A program made the position numbers and the translations under genes. A model generated the notes under the pieces. That model ran no database searches. It was not told where the DNA came from and was given only the letters and a program-made list of their open reading frames with translations. A DNA stretch of 64,000 bases. Origin: Bilabrum cf. latius (Eukaryota). Shown piece after piece: positions 46,057 through 59,200 of the stretch. Each line of letters begins with the position of its first letter. Within the stretch, counting starts at the first letter, position 1. The stretch lies in contig OZ237755.1 of assembly GCA_965178125.1 (NCBI GenBank), positions 744,001-808,000 on the forward strand, in the 5' to 3' direction.

Positions 46057-49000
46057 GAAATACAGAAATACAGAAATACATTGTTGGGTAAAGATTCCAC
46101 AAGCACCCAGATGCACCGTTGCCCCCGAAGGAGTTCGAGTGATCACCTGAATCCAGAGGAGTCCTCAAACAAGGACTACAAGACCCCCGACCCTTTCAGG
46201 CCAAAGGCCCCCCAATCTCAGCCTACACCGCCGAGTCCCCTTTATTCGCCATCAATGTGGTCCCCCACAAGCCCTCAGCCTGATGCCTTCACAGGGAGAA
46301 AGCATACAGGTGCGGAGCATGTGCCCGGCACAAAGCGCGGTCCAGTCCCACATCAGGGTCCCCTGCCGGGACCCACCATTTCCTCCTCCATGACCGTCTC
46401 TGCGTCTCACGATCCTTCAGAGAGGCTAGCATGCACGCGCTCATGCCTTTGGCCCATTGCCTCTCTATGTCCCTTAGCAAGCCGTGGGGCTTAAACATCC
46501 GTCGCTGTAGCCGAGCGTTCGCATTGGTTGCCGCTATCAGCTCTTGCGTGGCCGTGGCGGCAAGAGCAGCCGCCGCATCGCCTCGCATCCACTGCCTGCA
46601 CGTCAGCTACTCCTGCTAGCGCAGCTGGTTCCTGATCACCTGCACCACTCGGTTGGCCAGCTCCTTGACAGCTGTCCGTTCCGATGACCGCGCAATCGTA
46701 CGCTCTATCCGAGTGAGTGCGTCTTCGACGATTGGCTTGGCCCTGCTGGTGCGCTCCAGCTTCTCGTCCCAAGGGTCCTGAGCGAGAGCTGTCTTCGCCC
46801 ATGCTTTCCGGAGGGAGGCAGGGGACCTCCCTCTATTCTGATCCGCATCATCGGGTTGCCACGGTCTCGTTCCGGCATGATGGTCATGCTCGGCCCGCTC
46901 CATCTGCTCTACCGCGGTGCCCATCACTTGAAGGTTGGGCGTGCCCTGTTGCGGGTATTGTCCAGCTCGGATGCGCAGAATTCGTCTTCCTTGGTGGCCG
47001 TATTCCTGCACCACCGCTGCTGTTGGCATGGCTCCTGGTCCGAAGGCATACCGTCCCTTCGTTGCGTACCGGTTAAGCATGACCACTCCGAGCGCAGCTC
47101 TCTCCCGGTCCCAATCCGACAGTGCCGGATCGTGCGAGCATCCCAGGCTCAGGCTTGTGAACGATCGGTCAGCAGCTCCGGATTTGGATTTCCTCCACTT
47201 TGTGACTTTTTTTGCAGTCTCCTGGCATCCCAGCCAGTCCTTCGCGTCATCGATCCGGTGGGTCCACCCTGCCATCTTGATCCTGAATCCCAGTGCCAGC
47301 GCGGCCCCGAGTGGGCCTGTCTGTACTGGTGGTCCCTGCAGGAATCGGCCCTGGTGGATGAACCTGGCCGCAACATCAAGGCCCTTCTTCGAGGGACACT
47401 CGATCAGGTCCAGCAGGCCCATAGCAACACGCCCTGCTGCCGATGCCGTCAGCAGCTCAGTGTCCATCGCAAGGTTTGGCACGTATCGACCGCCCATGGT
47501 GAAGGGCCTTACCTGTGTCGATCCGCTGACAATCATCCAGCGCGTATCCAGCAGGAATTTGTCCAGCATCTTGAGGACTTCCAGGTTCAGTTCCATCCCG
47601 TAGAAAACTTGGGAACCATATCCTAATCCTGACAAGGTGTCCCATCCTGTTGCACATGCCGCTGCCTCTGCTCCGTAGAATGCACTCGTGATTGCTCCTG
47701 CATGGAGCAGCTGGGCGTGCAGGGAGACCGCCCAGTTGCCGTTCACCGCCGCTCGTGTGATGTCCCTGGCCGCCCGGTACGCCATCGCAATCCTCCTGCG
47801 TACGTGGGGTGCCATATCAATTACCCAGATGTCTCTCGCCTGCGTCAGCCCAGCTACTTCATCTGGGCTGATCCGTACTGGTTGGGTCGAAATGAGTAGA
47901 CCGAGGTACAGGTAGGATGAGGCAAGTGGGATGGTCCACTCCCCATCCGTCTCTCCCGCGTCCGCTGCTCTGCATGCGACGCCCTCTGGCATGTCCCCAG
48001 GAATTGAGTCCCGAGCGTAGCCAAAGGCCATGATCGCTGTCTTGGTTCCCTGGCCCGATGCTGTCAGGGGCTTGATTCCCAGCTACATGCCCGCAAGTGC
48101 AAACAGGCTCTTGACTAGCTTCATGACCGCCACTGCTTCGTTCCAGTTCGACGTCAGTGCCACGTAGTCGTCTGCGTACCCGACTTGTCCACATTCAACG
48201 TATCGTCCGGTGTCGGTCACGATCCTTTGATGGTGCCCGTGCTGGAGCCTCTCTTTCCGCAGCGTTTCCAGGAGAACCCCCATCAGTACCAGGAAGATGG
48301 TGGGAGACAGAATCTCGCCCTAGGGGGTGCCCGCCGTCTTCTGCACTCTGGTAGAGACCCTCCTGGTGAGTGGGTCTCGAACGCGGATGGCCACCTGCAT
48401 GCGGGCCATGAGAAAGCGGACCGTCTGGCGTCCCCATCCTTGCTCCGTCATGATGGCCTCGATGATGTTCCACTTGCAACTGTCAAATGCTCCTTTGATG
48501 TCAAAGAATACCAGAAAACCTCCAGCACCCCTTCGTTGGGTAATCCATTCCATCACCGCTGAGTAGGCCTGCTGGCAGTTCTTGCCGATGCGAAATCCGG
48601 CCTAATCCTGGCCGAAGAGTCCGTGGTTTTCGCAGTACCACATGACCTTCTGGTTTGCGATGGTGCTTACGACCTTCGAGAGAGCCGAGGTCCAGCATAT
48701 TGGCCTGAATTCGTCGACTCCTGTGACTCCTGTGCCCTGCTTGCGCTTGGAGACCGGCCGCATGAACCCCTCCTGAAAGGCCTCAGGCTGAATCCCCGAG
48801 AAGAGTGTGAGATTATAAATGGCCCTGAGGAGGTCCAACAGAGCGTCACTTCGCCGCAGACACCCGTCCTCCTCAGAGCATGGCTAGCATTTGGTCAGCA
48901 ATTCCGCCCTGATCCCATCAGGTCCCACAGCTTTGTTGTGCTTGAGCTTGTCCAGTGCTTGATCCACCTCTGCGTTCGACCTGCAGAATAGGTTGAGCGG

Positions 49001-50200
49001 TGTCGCTGCCCTGGGCATGTGCGGCGCAATCCTGGCCATAAATCCGCCCACATCCGCACTTCCATTCCCACCTGCGTGAGAGAGCTGCTGTGCGTGTGCC
49101 TCTAGGATATCCTCGACGGCCGTAAGCACCTCTCCGCCTAGGTTCGTGATTGGTTCCAGTCCTGGTGCAGCTCGTTGCCTTCTAGAGATTGCATCAGCGA
49201 TCTATCGGTGGGCTTCCCTCGGACTTGCTGTTCCCAGCATGTTCCGCAGTGCGTGGCCCGTCCTGCGTGCCCCTCGCTCGGTGGTCTCGAAGACAGCCCG
49301 TCGATCATGGTCCAGGTTGGCAAGGAGCATCGTCCAGTACTCCTGTCCCTCATGGGCCTACTGGTTCACCTCTGTGCTCCCCCAGAGTGTTGCCTGCATC
49401 CGTCCATCTAGCCCCCGCTGTCGCCCTTCGAGGCGCAGGCTGGCTCGGCGATGTGCAGCCAAGCATGTTCTGGCCTCTGAAAGAGCTTGTTCCGTGGTTG
49501 GTCCCGCGATAAGGGCCTTGAGGCTGGCATGGGCTTTTCCCCACGTTTCAGCCCATCTCGTCCGTGCCGCCCAGGTCCTGCGGTGGCGCTTGCGTGACGC
49601 TTCCACGTGCCCGGCCTGGCCGGTGTTTGCCATTTGTCGGCCTGTAACAGTCTCGGCTGCTGCCGTGAAACATCCTTGCAGAAGCAGTTTGACGGAGGAC
49701 ACGGCCTGCGTAACCGCTTGCCCTGCAGCCTCTCGGTCAGCCGAGGTTCCCGTCGAGCTTTTGAGGTCGCGAATTGCGTCGAGCACACAATGAGTGATGT
49801 CGCGGACTGCACTTGTAGCCTACCCGAATTCCTTGACGTAATAGTCCCAAACCAGGCGTTCTTGCTGCACATGCATGTCGGACACCCGTGAGTACGCTGC
49901 CCTGAAGGGGGCGTCATCGTCCTGCTCCGTTGTTGCTGGGACTGCAGTTGCTCGCGTTGCCGGGTCCTCCACTTCTGGGACTGTGACCAGCAGGTCTGCA
50001 ATCACCCCCGTGTGGTCTGAATATGTGCCTGGCTCTTGAGCCACTTCACTGGACACTAGCTGCAGCTGCGCAGAAGTGGAGATGCAGATGGCATCCAGTG
50101 TGTTGCCTCCTCTGTGCGTAGGCCCGCCCCCTGCAGGTGCTCGGTACATGTCGATCATGCCCATGTCGTTCTCCAGATACCAGTCGACGATTGACATCTT
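46057..50200 (-). mobile_element. 5'-truncated non-LTR (LINE) retrotransposon: partial APE endonuclease, RT, 3' UTR and octamer tail
   Basis: End of APE domain (PTHRGGNTLD..SDH); RT motifs KAVGPDGI, FRPI..SALSK, *AGFR, FFDIKGAFD, GTP*GEILSP, YADD, YLGL. Tail (TGTATTTC)x3 at 46057-46080. The 5' boundary is approximate (50180-50200). Confidence 0.88.
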
Positions 50201-50233
50201 ATAACGTGTACTTTCAAATTTCACTCTCTTCAT
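46289..50233 (-). CDS. LINE ORF2-like open frame (N-terminally truncated endonuclease-reverse transcriptase)
   Basis: Eight listed ORFs share one frame and are separated only by 9 TAGs (49820, 49358, 49202, 48884, 48602, 48320, 48083, 46616, 46607). Ends in TGA at 46289. The ATG at 50233 probably lies in host flank. Confidence 0.8.
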
Positions 50234-50268
50234 CAGATTTCCACCATTCAGATCTCTATGGGTATGGA

Positions 50269-53200
50269 ATGCAGACGAGCGAGGACTTCATCGTTGATGC
50301 ATTAATTGCATTTGATGACACGAAGCCGAAAAGAGTATTGAAGGATAAGAAGAGAAAGAAGAAGAACAAGAAGAGCAAGAAGCAAGTGCGCCGGCACAAG
50401 TAGCACGCTGAGAATCGCAAAACTGGGAAGGCGAGGCACGCCTAGAGCCAATCTGGGCAAATATCTCATGTGTCTGCATATACCGATAATGGGGAAGGAC
50501 GGGCTGGGGGGTCATTGCCGACGGACGCTTCAAGGGATGACGTTCAAATTGGTGATGATTCACTCAGTGAGCAAGTAGAGTTGCGTGGTAAGGCGCAACC
50601 AAGCAGTCTTCGTGGCAATTTAGAACAAGTTATTGCTGGCTCGGAGTCGCAAGTGTCACTGCACCATCGACATGACCTGAAGAAAGCCAGAAGAAGGTCT
50701 GGCAAGCGCAGAGCCTCGTCTCGTTCTGATGCAGAAGGCGAAAGGCAGGATTTCGGTGGACTCGACGAAGATTTTGCGTTGCCATGTACTCGGACTGAGC
50801 AAGGTGCTCTCCCGCCAGATCTGGCGGTCCTTGCTCGCCTTGTGTCATGGTGCGAAAGCACCTCATCAGTATCACCTTCACGCCCTGGGAGGTGGCCTGG
50901 TGGCGAGCTACGGGAGCCAGCTTGGGACGACCGAACGAAAATACTTGAACTTCTTCGTGGGGCCATGTCGGCAGAATCTCAGTAGCAGAGACCGCAACTG
51001 CTGGGGGACAAGGAATCCTCCTCTGCTCCGGCCACTGCCAGCGGTGGAGACCGGACAGAGCGCGAACTTGAAGCCGCACAGGATGACATGCAAGACAGCG
51101 ACGAGGATTTCACGGCCCCCAGCCCCAGGACGCATCGATCTAACCGCTCATCAAAGGGAAAGCATTCCAAGCGCTCGAGACCGTAGCCTGCGAGCGGTGC
51201 AGATGGCCGTGGGAGCCTCGGCACGCGCCATTCATCGGGCTTGCGTGACGCCCTCGCCGTGTTCCTTGGCGACCAACCAGGCGGTACTCTCCCGCCATCC
51301 CATGTATCCGTTGAGCCCGGAACCGGGGAGCAGACCTACGAGAGCGTAGGGCGTGACGGGCTGCTGCTCCAGCTTGCGCCGGTGGACAAGTGCATGGCCG
51401 CCATCGAGCACGCAAGGCGATCCAAGGAACCCGCGGGGCGGCTGCCCCTGGAGCAAGTTGGTGGAGACATGACTGGGTCGAAATCATCGGCATCTCAGCT
51501 GGAACCGCCAAGCTCGGGCGGTCCTGTCGCGCAAAGCGAGGTCCGGATTCAAGTACCCGCGCTCTCCTGCTTGAATGAAAGCCCAGCCAGACCTCTCTCA
51601 AGGGCCGGGCCCTCAGCCAAGAGCAGTGCATCGGCATCAAGCTCTAGCAGTAGCTCCGCTGCCGATGAGTCAGCGAACGGTGCTGTGAGCCGGCGAAACG
51701 GCTCGAATGCGTTGCCATTAGCGGTTCCTGCCCCGCTAGCGGGCGCGCTGCTGGATCTGCAGCGGCAGGCAGTGTGCTTCGGAGCATCGTGCCTGCCTAA
51801 CTTCTTGCATACTTCGCTAAAGCCTGGCGTGCAGGCAAGTACACCCCTGCGCTCCAGTGCAGCATCTTCTTCCGCGCCCGCGCAAGGAGCCGTGGATAGT
51901 CAGTCTGGAGCCAGACAACGACGGCTCGGACCCCTGGACGGACCGAGGCTGCTAGCGCTGGATTGCGGGCTGGGCAAGACCGTGATCTCCATTGCAATCG
52001 CGAGTGCGCTACTCCGAAAGTCTGGCCTGCGGTCCCGAGACCTGCCCGTGCAGCTGGGCAGGAGGATGCAGAGGAGGCGCGCGCTCGTCGCGGTGAAAGC
52101 CCTAGAGGAGCTGAGAATCTTGCCTATCGACGAGGCCCGCATGCAACCCGCCATGAAGCTGCATCGCCAGCTGACAAAGATAATTGTGGATGCCAGGAAG
52201 AGAGCGCTGGTGATGTCGAACGTCGCATTGGAAGGCGTTGATGCGAGGCGGGGTCATCAAGATGATGACTGTGATGAGGTGGGTGGGAAGGCTGGGCTTG
52301 GTGCTGCGGCAGCAGGTGTAAGCAGCAGTAGCAGTAGTAGCAGTAGCAGCAGTAGCAAGGGCACTGAAGCAAGCCAACGAGACGGTTTAGCCGGACCTTC
52401 CCCTCCATTTGTTTTGATTGGGTGCCCGCCCCAGGTTCTGTAGCAGTGGGGCACCGAGATGCAGAGCTGGGGCTACTTTGACGTCGTAGCAGTCTCGAAC
52501 TCCGCGGCAAGCAAAGCTGACCGCAGGCTGTGGAGCACAGACCCAGGCGAGGCCATGGCACGAAGTATGAAGGCTGCCCCAGGCTTCCGTGGCGCGAGAA
52601 AGAGGAAGTCTTCTTCATCAGCAGCGTCACTGCCATCATCGTCCTCCGCGAAATCGGGATCGCCCTGGTCGCTGGAGCACTTGTCGCGAACCATGCCGTA
52701 TTCGGATTGGACAGAGGTTGACGTGCTGTCACAGAAGGACGTTGGTCGTTTGATCATTGCTCGGGTGCCCCCAGAGGTGATCCTGTTCCCGTACAGCCTG
52801 TGTCAGAGTCAGCTGTGGGCCCTGGGTCTGGACACGTCGCCGGGGAGCGTCAGGGAAGGTGGATACGACGATGGCTGCGCGATGAAGGACATCAGGGAGG
52901 CCATCGAGTCGGTCGTGGACGGCACACCATCCCCTTGCGCGCCGACGTTGGTGATGCTAGATGAGATCCATCTGGCGAAGAACGAGACGAGCAAGGTGCA
53001 TGGGTACTGGAGACTAGCACCTTCGTGCCCCACGATCGGGCTCAGCGGTACAATGGCTCCCAACAGGCTTCGGGACCTTCAGGGCATTCTTAAGGCATGC
53101 AAGGCGTTTAAGCTGGCGGAGGCACTGCGTCCATCTATCAGGATGATTGAGCAGACAGACGCGCACACCACTCACGGGCGTAAAGAGCAGCGGGAGGCGA

Positions 53201-56073
53201 TGGCGAGGACGACCGGGCTGCTGGCCGGCCGTCTGCTAGCGATGACCAAGGAGCAATACACTGCTGCTCTCATGCCTGCCAAGAGCGACAAGATCATCCA
53301 GATGGCCATGCCTCCGTTCCAGCAGCGGGTCTACGACAGGGTTCAGCGGCTGCCCGAGATGCGAGCAGCGGTCGAAGGCGACGAACTCTTGCTCGATTCG
53401 AGGCTGCAACCACCAGCTGGGACGGCTTTATCTGAAGCAGAGACTCAGCTGTACAGGGATGGACCGCTGGCGCGGATGTCCCTGCGCGACCTGTATTTCC
53501 CTTCGTCAAATCCACGCCCGACGCAGAAGCCCTTCCTGCGACTGCTGCAGATACTGGGTGATGCCGCCATGCACCCAGACTTGCTGCTAGCCCCGGCCTA
53601 GCACGAATTCGGCGAAGGGTATGTCGCCGTGAGACGGATGCAAACTCTGCATTTGCTCGGTCCGGATCTTGCTCTGCAGCTACTGCGGCGCCGGGGCGTC
53701 ATAGCAAGGCTGCCAGCCACGGATTTCTGGAACTCTGCGAAGACCGCTGCGCTTGTCCTGCAGAGACCATCCCTCAATTCTGCTGCACAATTGCCCAACC
53801 TCCCTGCAGCTTTCTGTAGCGTGAAATTCTCCATCTTCAGGCAGTTCGTTGACAGCGAGCTGAGAGCCTGCGAGAAGTTGCTCGAGTACAGGGAGCAAGA
53901 CAATGTGGACGGGGGCGAGGGCAGCGAAGTCGACGAAGAGGAGGAAGTCGTCAATTTGCGAGCACTGCACCGCAGCGATGCCGCTCACGGCGGTCTCTCA
54001 CGCAGTCGAGCCGTGGAGTGGCCGCATGACCGCAAAATGATTGCTTTTTGCGGCTCGCAGCGGCTTCTCTAGCTTTTGATGGCAGACCTGGAGGCTAGAC
54101 CGCTGCCATCTGTGACTCGCAACGGCCTTCCGAGCACCTGGGTCGTGAGACGGCACGCGCACGAGATGGGCGATGAATCCATGCGGCGGTTTCGCCTGGA
54201 TCCCGCCTGCCGGCTACTGCTCGGCACGCCTGCCGGCATCGGCACCGGCCTGGATCTTTCTATGGCAAGCACGGTGCTGCTTCTCGACCCGACCTGGACG
54301 CCAGCCGCAACGCACCAGGCCATCGCGAGAGCAGACCGGCTGGGATAGAGGCACCCAGTGCGGGTGCTACAGCTGCTTGCTGCGGGCACAATCGAAGAGA
54401 CAAAGATTCAGAGGAGGATGGACAAGGCGGCCACGATCCGACAGGGCGTAGAAGGCACCGAGCAGGCGCAGCTGCTTCAGGCCGGTCGCCGGAAAGGGTT
54501 CAAGTCGCTCGTGGATGTGGGCGCTGTCAACACGCTGCATGCTGCAGCAGAGGGGCTACAGCGGAGGGCAGGGCAGGACGATCTGGGTGACTTGCGGTCC
54601 AGCAAGACGGCAGCAGCAGCGCTGCATGACCAAGACCTGCTAGCAGCTGGCCTCGGTCGCAAAGACGGCCCCGGCGTTGCTGGTGGCAGTGGCAGCGACA
54701 TAGCCGATGCCAAGTCGGTCGTCGGGTCTGCTGGTGCCCAAGAGCGGCAGCACCGCAACGATGACCCACGTATGGATGGAGCAGACGATGACGTTTCACC
54801 GAGGCCGAAGCAGAAGCGAAGGCTCGACGCTGCTGCCGCCTCCAGGCGGGCTGGAGTAGTCCAGGAAGCCGTCAGCCGCACGAAGCGGGCCGCCGCCGTT
54901 GGATTGACGCAGCAGCTGGATGATATGGGCCTCGATGATGACCTTGATGGCGTGCTAGGCACGGGACTATCGCGTGCTGGCGCTGGCACAGGTGTTGCAG
55001 CCCCTCCAATGGCGCTCGATGAGGAAGGCATGCCCGTTGTAGCAGGGCAAAGCGGAGAGGCTGTCGGTGGGGACGGCGCGAGACAGAGGCAGGCAGCTCC
55101 CGCCATAAAGGTGCTGGATGCAAGCGTGCTGCAAGGCATGCAGCAGCTCAAAGCAGCCAGGGAACAAGGACCATGGCTGGGACTCGCCGTAAATCGCGCT
55201 GCAGCGAGCGCAAAGAGGAGGAGGCGGGGCCTGCAGAGCATGGGTGATGCCTTGCTCCTGCCCGGCGCGGGAGAAATAGAGCACGTGACGAGAGATGCAA
55301 CAATGGGTATGGGCGTGACAGACCCAGGCCTGGCCAGCGGGCGCCTCGATTCGTCGCAGGCTGCCATTGAACGAGCCGGAGTGGAGCTCTTTTGGGGTGC
55401 TGGCCTGTCGCACGGTCCATAGAGTCGAGATGGACGTGGTAGTGATCTAGGCAGTGGCAGTGACAATGATAGCGATAGCGACAGCGTTGTTATAGTCCAG
55501 CCAGGCCCCCGTGGTGCAGCCCAGAGCAGGGGACGAATCAGGCTGCCAGCGAACGTGCCCAGCTCAGGCGACCCCTTGGTCGGATAGGAGGACGATGAAG
55601 AAGGCGACGAGCCCGGGGTCGCTTGGGGCCCGTCTCTTGTCAGAATCAGGCCATCAAGTGGTGCCAATTCGGCGAGGAAGAAGGGCAGGAAGGAAGATGC
55701 CGAGGAGGTGGAGGTCAGGCCGATCGCAGATGTTCTGGTGGCTGTGCATCGAGCAATGAGACAGGCGCAGGCGCAGGCGCAGGCGCAGGCGCAGGCGCAA
55801 GCAGCTTCCTCGGCGGGAATCAGCGTGCTGCTGCAAGCCTCAGTAACCCCTGCCGAGATGGAAGCGTTCCACGCGATACAGCGTGCACGGGCTGGCCTGC
55901 ACAGGCAGCTGCTTCGCGGGGCTGATTTGGCAAAAGAAGTCGCGCGTGCTGCCGAGTAGAGCACCGGTACCAGACTGGCTGCCCAGCACGGTAGCGCAGG
56001 GGGTGGGGCAAGCTCGCTGGTTCGGCGAAGCAAAGGGAAGAAAAAGTGGCGAGGAAAGCGGAAACGTTCTTGA
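50269..56073 (+). CDS. SNF2-family ATPase, ERCC6L2-like
   Basis: Motif I LALDCGLGKT, Ia CPPQVL*QWGTEMQSWGYF, II LDEIHLAKN, III GLSGT, V GIGTGLDL..TVLLLDPTWTP, VI QAIARADRLG*..V.VLQLLAAGTIEE. Ten TAGs; TGA at 56071. Confidence 0.85.
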
Positions 56074-56217
56074 TAGCGCCGTGCCTGTGGACAGCGATTC
56101 TGTGCAATTTGGTCGCAAAAGAGTGGTTGCGACCGCGTCATCCAACGGACACGGCTGTTTCAGGATTTTGCTGCTCCAGCCTTATTCAGGTGATTTTACT
56201 CCAACTTGGTGGGTTTT

Positions 56218-59200
56218 ATGGAACCAGAAGGTGGATTAAAGGCGGTACGCCGTCGGGCGATGAGTGCGAGGATTGCATAGCTAGAATAGGAGGCCATGAT
56301 TCTTGACAAAGAGTGAGAACCCAAGCAGGCAAAGCAGCTAACCTCTGTGGCTTTTGTCTCAACCACTTGCGTACGTTTCTGATAAAATATGGCGACTAGC
56401 TCATGTTCAACCCTATCTTTTTCGAAGGGAGTTTACGGAGCGCCGGCGACTGGCTGCGCTGCAGCTTGAAGTTGACATACAACGAGAGTTATTTGTAAAT
56501 GAGCAGAGGCAGCAACGCGAGTTTGGGGCCGACTTTATTGAGAGGGCGAAGACTCAACGACTGGAAGCGCTTTCAAAGAAGAAGGCCGGGCTCGGCAAGA
56601 GCAGGCCACGGCTAGGCGCTTCTAGATCAACCCCTTCATTCGCAGCTGCGGCTCCGCCGGGAGGGTTTGCAACCCGGAAAGCCTCTGCGAATATTGATAC
56701 TACTACCGTTCGCCCGGGCCGAAGTTCTGTCATGAGCGGAAAGTTCCTTGGTCTGGACGCAGCGGCAGCCCCGGACAGGCGTCGCCGCGGAGCGACCGCA
56801 CATGGTGCCAGAGGGGACCGCTCACCGGCCGGAAGCACCACTGGGGCCAAGCCTCGGCTCTCACAAACAATGGGAACCACCGGCCGCGGTGCCCCGAAGC
56901 AAGCTTGGGGCGGCGGGTCCGCCTCACCTGGGAGCGACGGCGGATTCGGAGTCACATTTGCGCAGGAGCGCAAGGGCGGGGACTCGCAGCAGAGGCGGGG
57001 CTCTGTTCCCTCTGGGCAGGAGGGCAAGGAGGAAGGGCCCGTGGAAGCTGTGTTCCTCGCTAACGTGGGCAGCAAAGACATGACCAGGCAGCTGCTGGCC
57101 TATCGGAGGCGCCGCATCAAGCTGCTCGAGGAGGAGGCCCACGTCGTCGTGAAAACCCACGACGCTCACGTGGCAGAGAGCCGGAGCATGAAAGAGGAGA
57201 TCAACAACCTCCGGATCAAGCGGGCAGCCGCCGACCGAACGTTCGTCGAACGCAGGGAAGCCCTGGACCTGATGAAGAGCAAGCTTGCGTACGCCCTAGA
57301 GCAGGCCAACGTGATAGCGAGGGAGAGGGAGCAGCTTGAGGACGAACTGCAGCGCATCCAGTCGCAGGAGGAGGCCAACGAGAAGCGGTTCCAGCACGAG
57401 CTGCGCGAAGCTGAGCTCGACGTGAAGCGAGCCAAGGTAGAGGCAGACCGCGCCCTGAAGCGGGACAGGAAGGAGAAGACCCAGAGGAAGCGAGGGGGGG
57501 TTACCGGCTAGGGAACAGCAAGCAGCTAGCATCACCAACTAACGCCCACCAAGACAGTTGGCAAGCGGGCTGGCGGCATGACAGCCCGCAGCAGTGGGCC
57601 TGCCACGGCCCGCTCCACCAAGTCATAGACTAAACGACCACCCCACGGCGGGGTCGCAGAGTCGAGCTCGGTGCTGGCCAAGAGCGTGCAGTTGGGATCC
57701 TTGTCCATCACAGAGGAGCAGAGACTGACTGCCGAGCTAGACGATGCTAGGCAAGAGTGCATCTAGGCGGAGCAAGACATCGTCCTGCTGCGGGACCAGA
57801 TGCTGGATGCAGTGGACTGCTTCAGGGTGGTCATTTCTGCAAGCGATTCCCAGTGGCAGGAGTGGCAGCAAGACAAGGCGGAGGATGATGCTAGGAGCGC
57901 GGGAGAGCGGTCCATGGCAGGGATGGGGCTGCTGGAAGATGACGAAGAGCAGGACGGCAGCGGGTGGCATGCGGTTCAGGAAGCTGGCGTCGCTGCGGAC
58001 ACTGCAGAGCCCTCACCACCCCCAGGTGACCAGCTAGCCGACCGCGCGATGACCCCGCTGGGTCCGGGTAACCCTGCGCTCGAAGGGGTGGAGGAAGTGG
58101 AGGGTGCAGTTGACGTGCTGATGGGCGCGGCAGACCACGGCGACACGCTGGTGGAGGACGGGGGTGACGGTCTCAAGCAGATCTCCAAGGCGATGGAGCT
58201 TCGGCTGCAGCGGTTTCTGGCGGCGGAAGACGAGAATTTCCGACAGATCCGCCGGGTGCAGGAAGTGGACGAGGAGACGGCCCAGCTGGAGGACTAGCTC
58301 GTCGCGGCGGAACGACAGGTCAAGCGCATGAGGAGGCAGCTCGCCAGGGAGCAAGCAGGGAGGGTGGAATCGCTGATCGGGCAGCAGACGACTCTCATCA
58401 ACATCGACGAGGAGCTCAGTCTTCTGGACATCGAGCAGGAGGAGGCCAGCAAAGCCCTCAGGGACCTGTACCGGATGGTCCGGCGTCTGTTCTTTGCGAG
58501 CGGGTGCCACAGGCACGGCATCATTGGCTCCGTGTACGCATCGAAAGAGGCAATCATCATCGGCAGGCGCGCTAGCGTCCAGCGTGCAATCGAGGAAAAG
58601 CAGGAGGCGGAGCGCAGGCAGCAGCAGGAAGAGGAGGAATCCAAGGCGCGTGAGGCTGCCAGGCAGCAGAGGGTGGCAGCGGCGAAGGCTCGCAACGCCA
58701 AGATGGGGTCCACGAAGGACCTGCCTGACGCCCCGGATTACGGCGCGGATCTCGTGGCGACGCAGGGCGAGGATGAAGATGATGAGGAAGACCATGCCAA
58801 CGAGGGATCGCAAAAGAAAGATGAACTGGAGGTTGCAAATGCGCCCGACGATGGGCCATTGGGCGACACGGAGCGGCCCGCGGGCTTTGCGTCGCCTTCG
58901 ATTTCGACTAACGCAGACGCAGACTCGAGCATGATGGAGCTGCGCAACGCCGACGGACTTCCATTGCGAGGCCACGTGCTAATCTCTGCGCTTATTGCAA
59001 CATCATCCAGCGCCGGTGTTGGAGGGTTGGGCGGGCTCGCCCTCGCGCCACCCACGTCGGCATCACCCGCCAGGGCCGGCCGCCGCTCCGGTTTCGGAGG
59101 GTCCCCTGCCGCAGCGGATCGCGATGGAAAGCCAGGGAGCCACGAGGCGCTCGTTCCCCAGAACCGTGGCCTCACCAGTGCAGCTGCGCACGTGGCTAGG

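Noticed and set aside
55763-55800. (GCGCAG)n and other short AGC-type runs (near 1768, 32150, 52321) as distinct elements
   Set aside because: They are ordinary short coding microsatellites giving AQ, poly-Ser or poly-Ala tracts.
8078-56073. TAG as pyrrolysine, Leu, Tyr, Glu or Trp (including A-to-I editing to UGG)
   Set aside because: The most conserved informative sites (PQG, RxGQ, QFRP, SxQR, DYDQ) are Gln. One R3H-assoc site (4387) may align to an aromatic residue but is outweighed.
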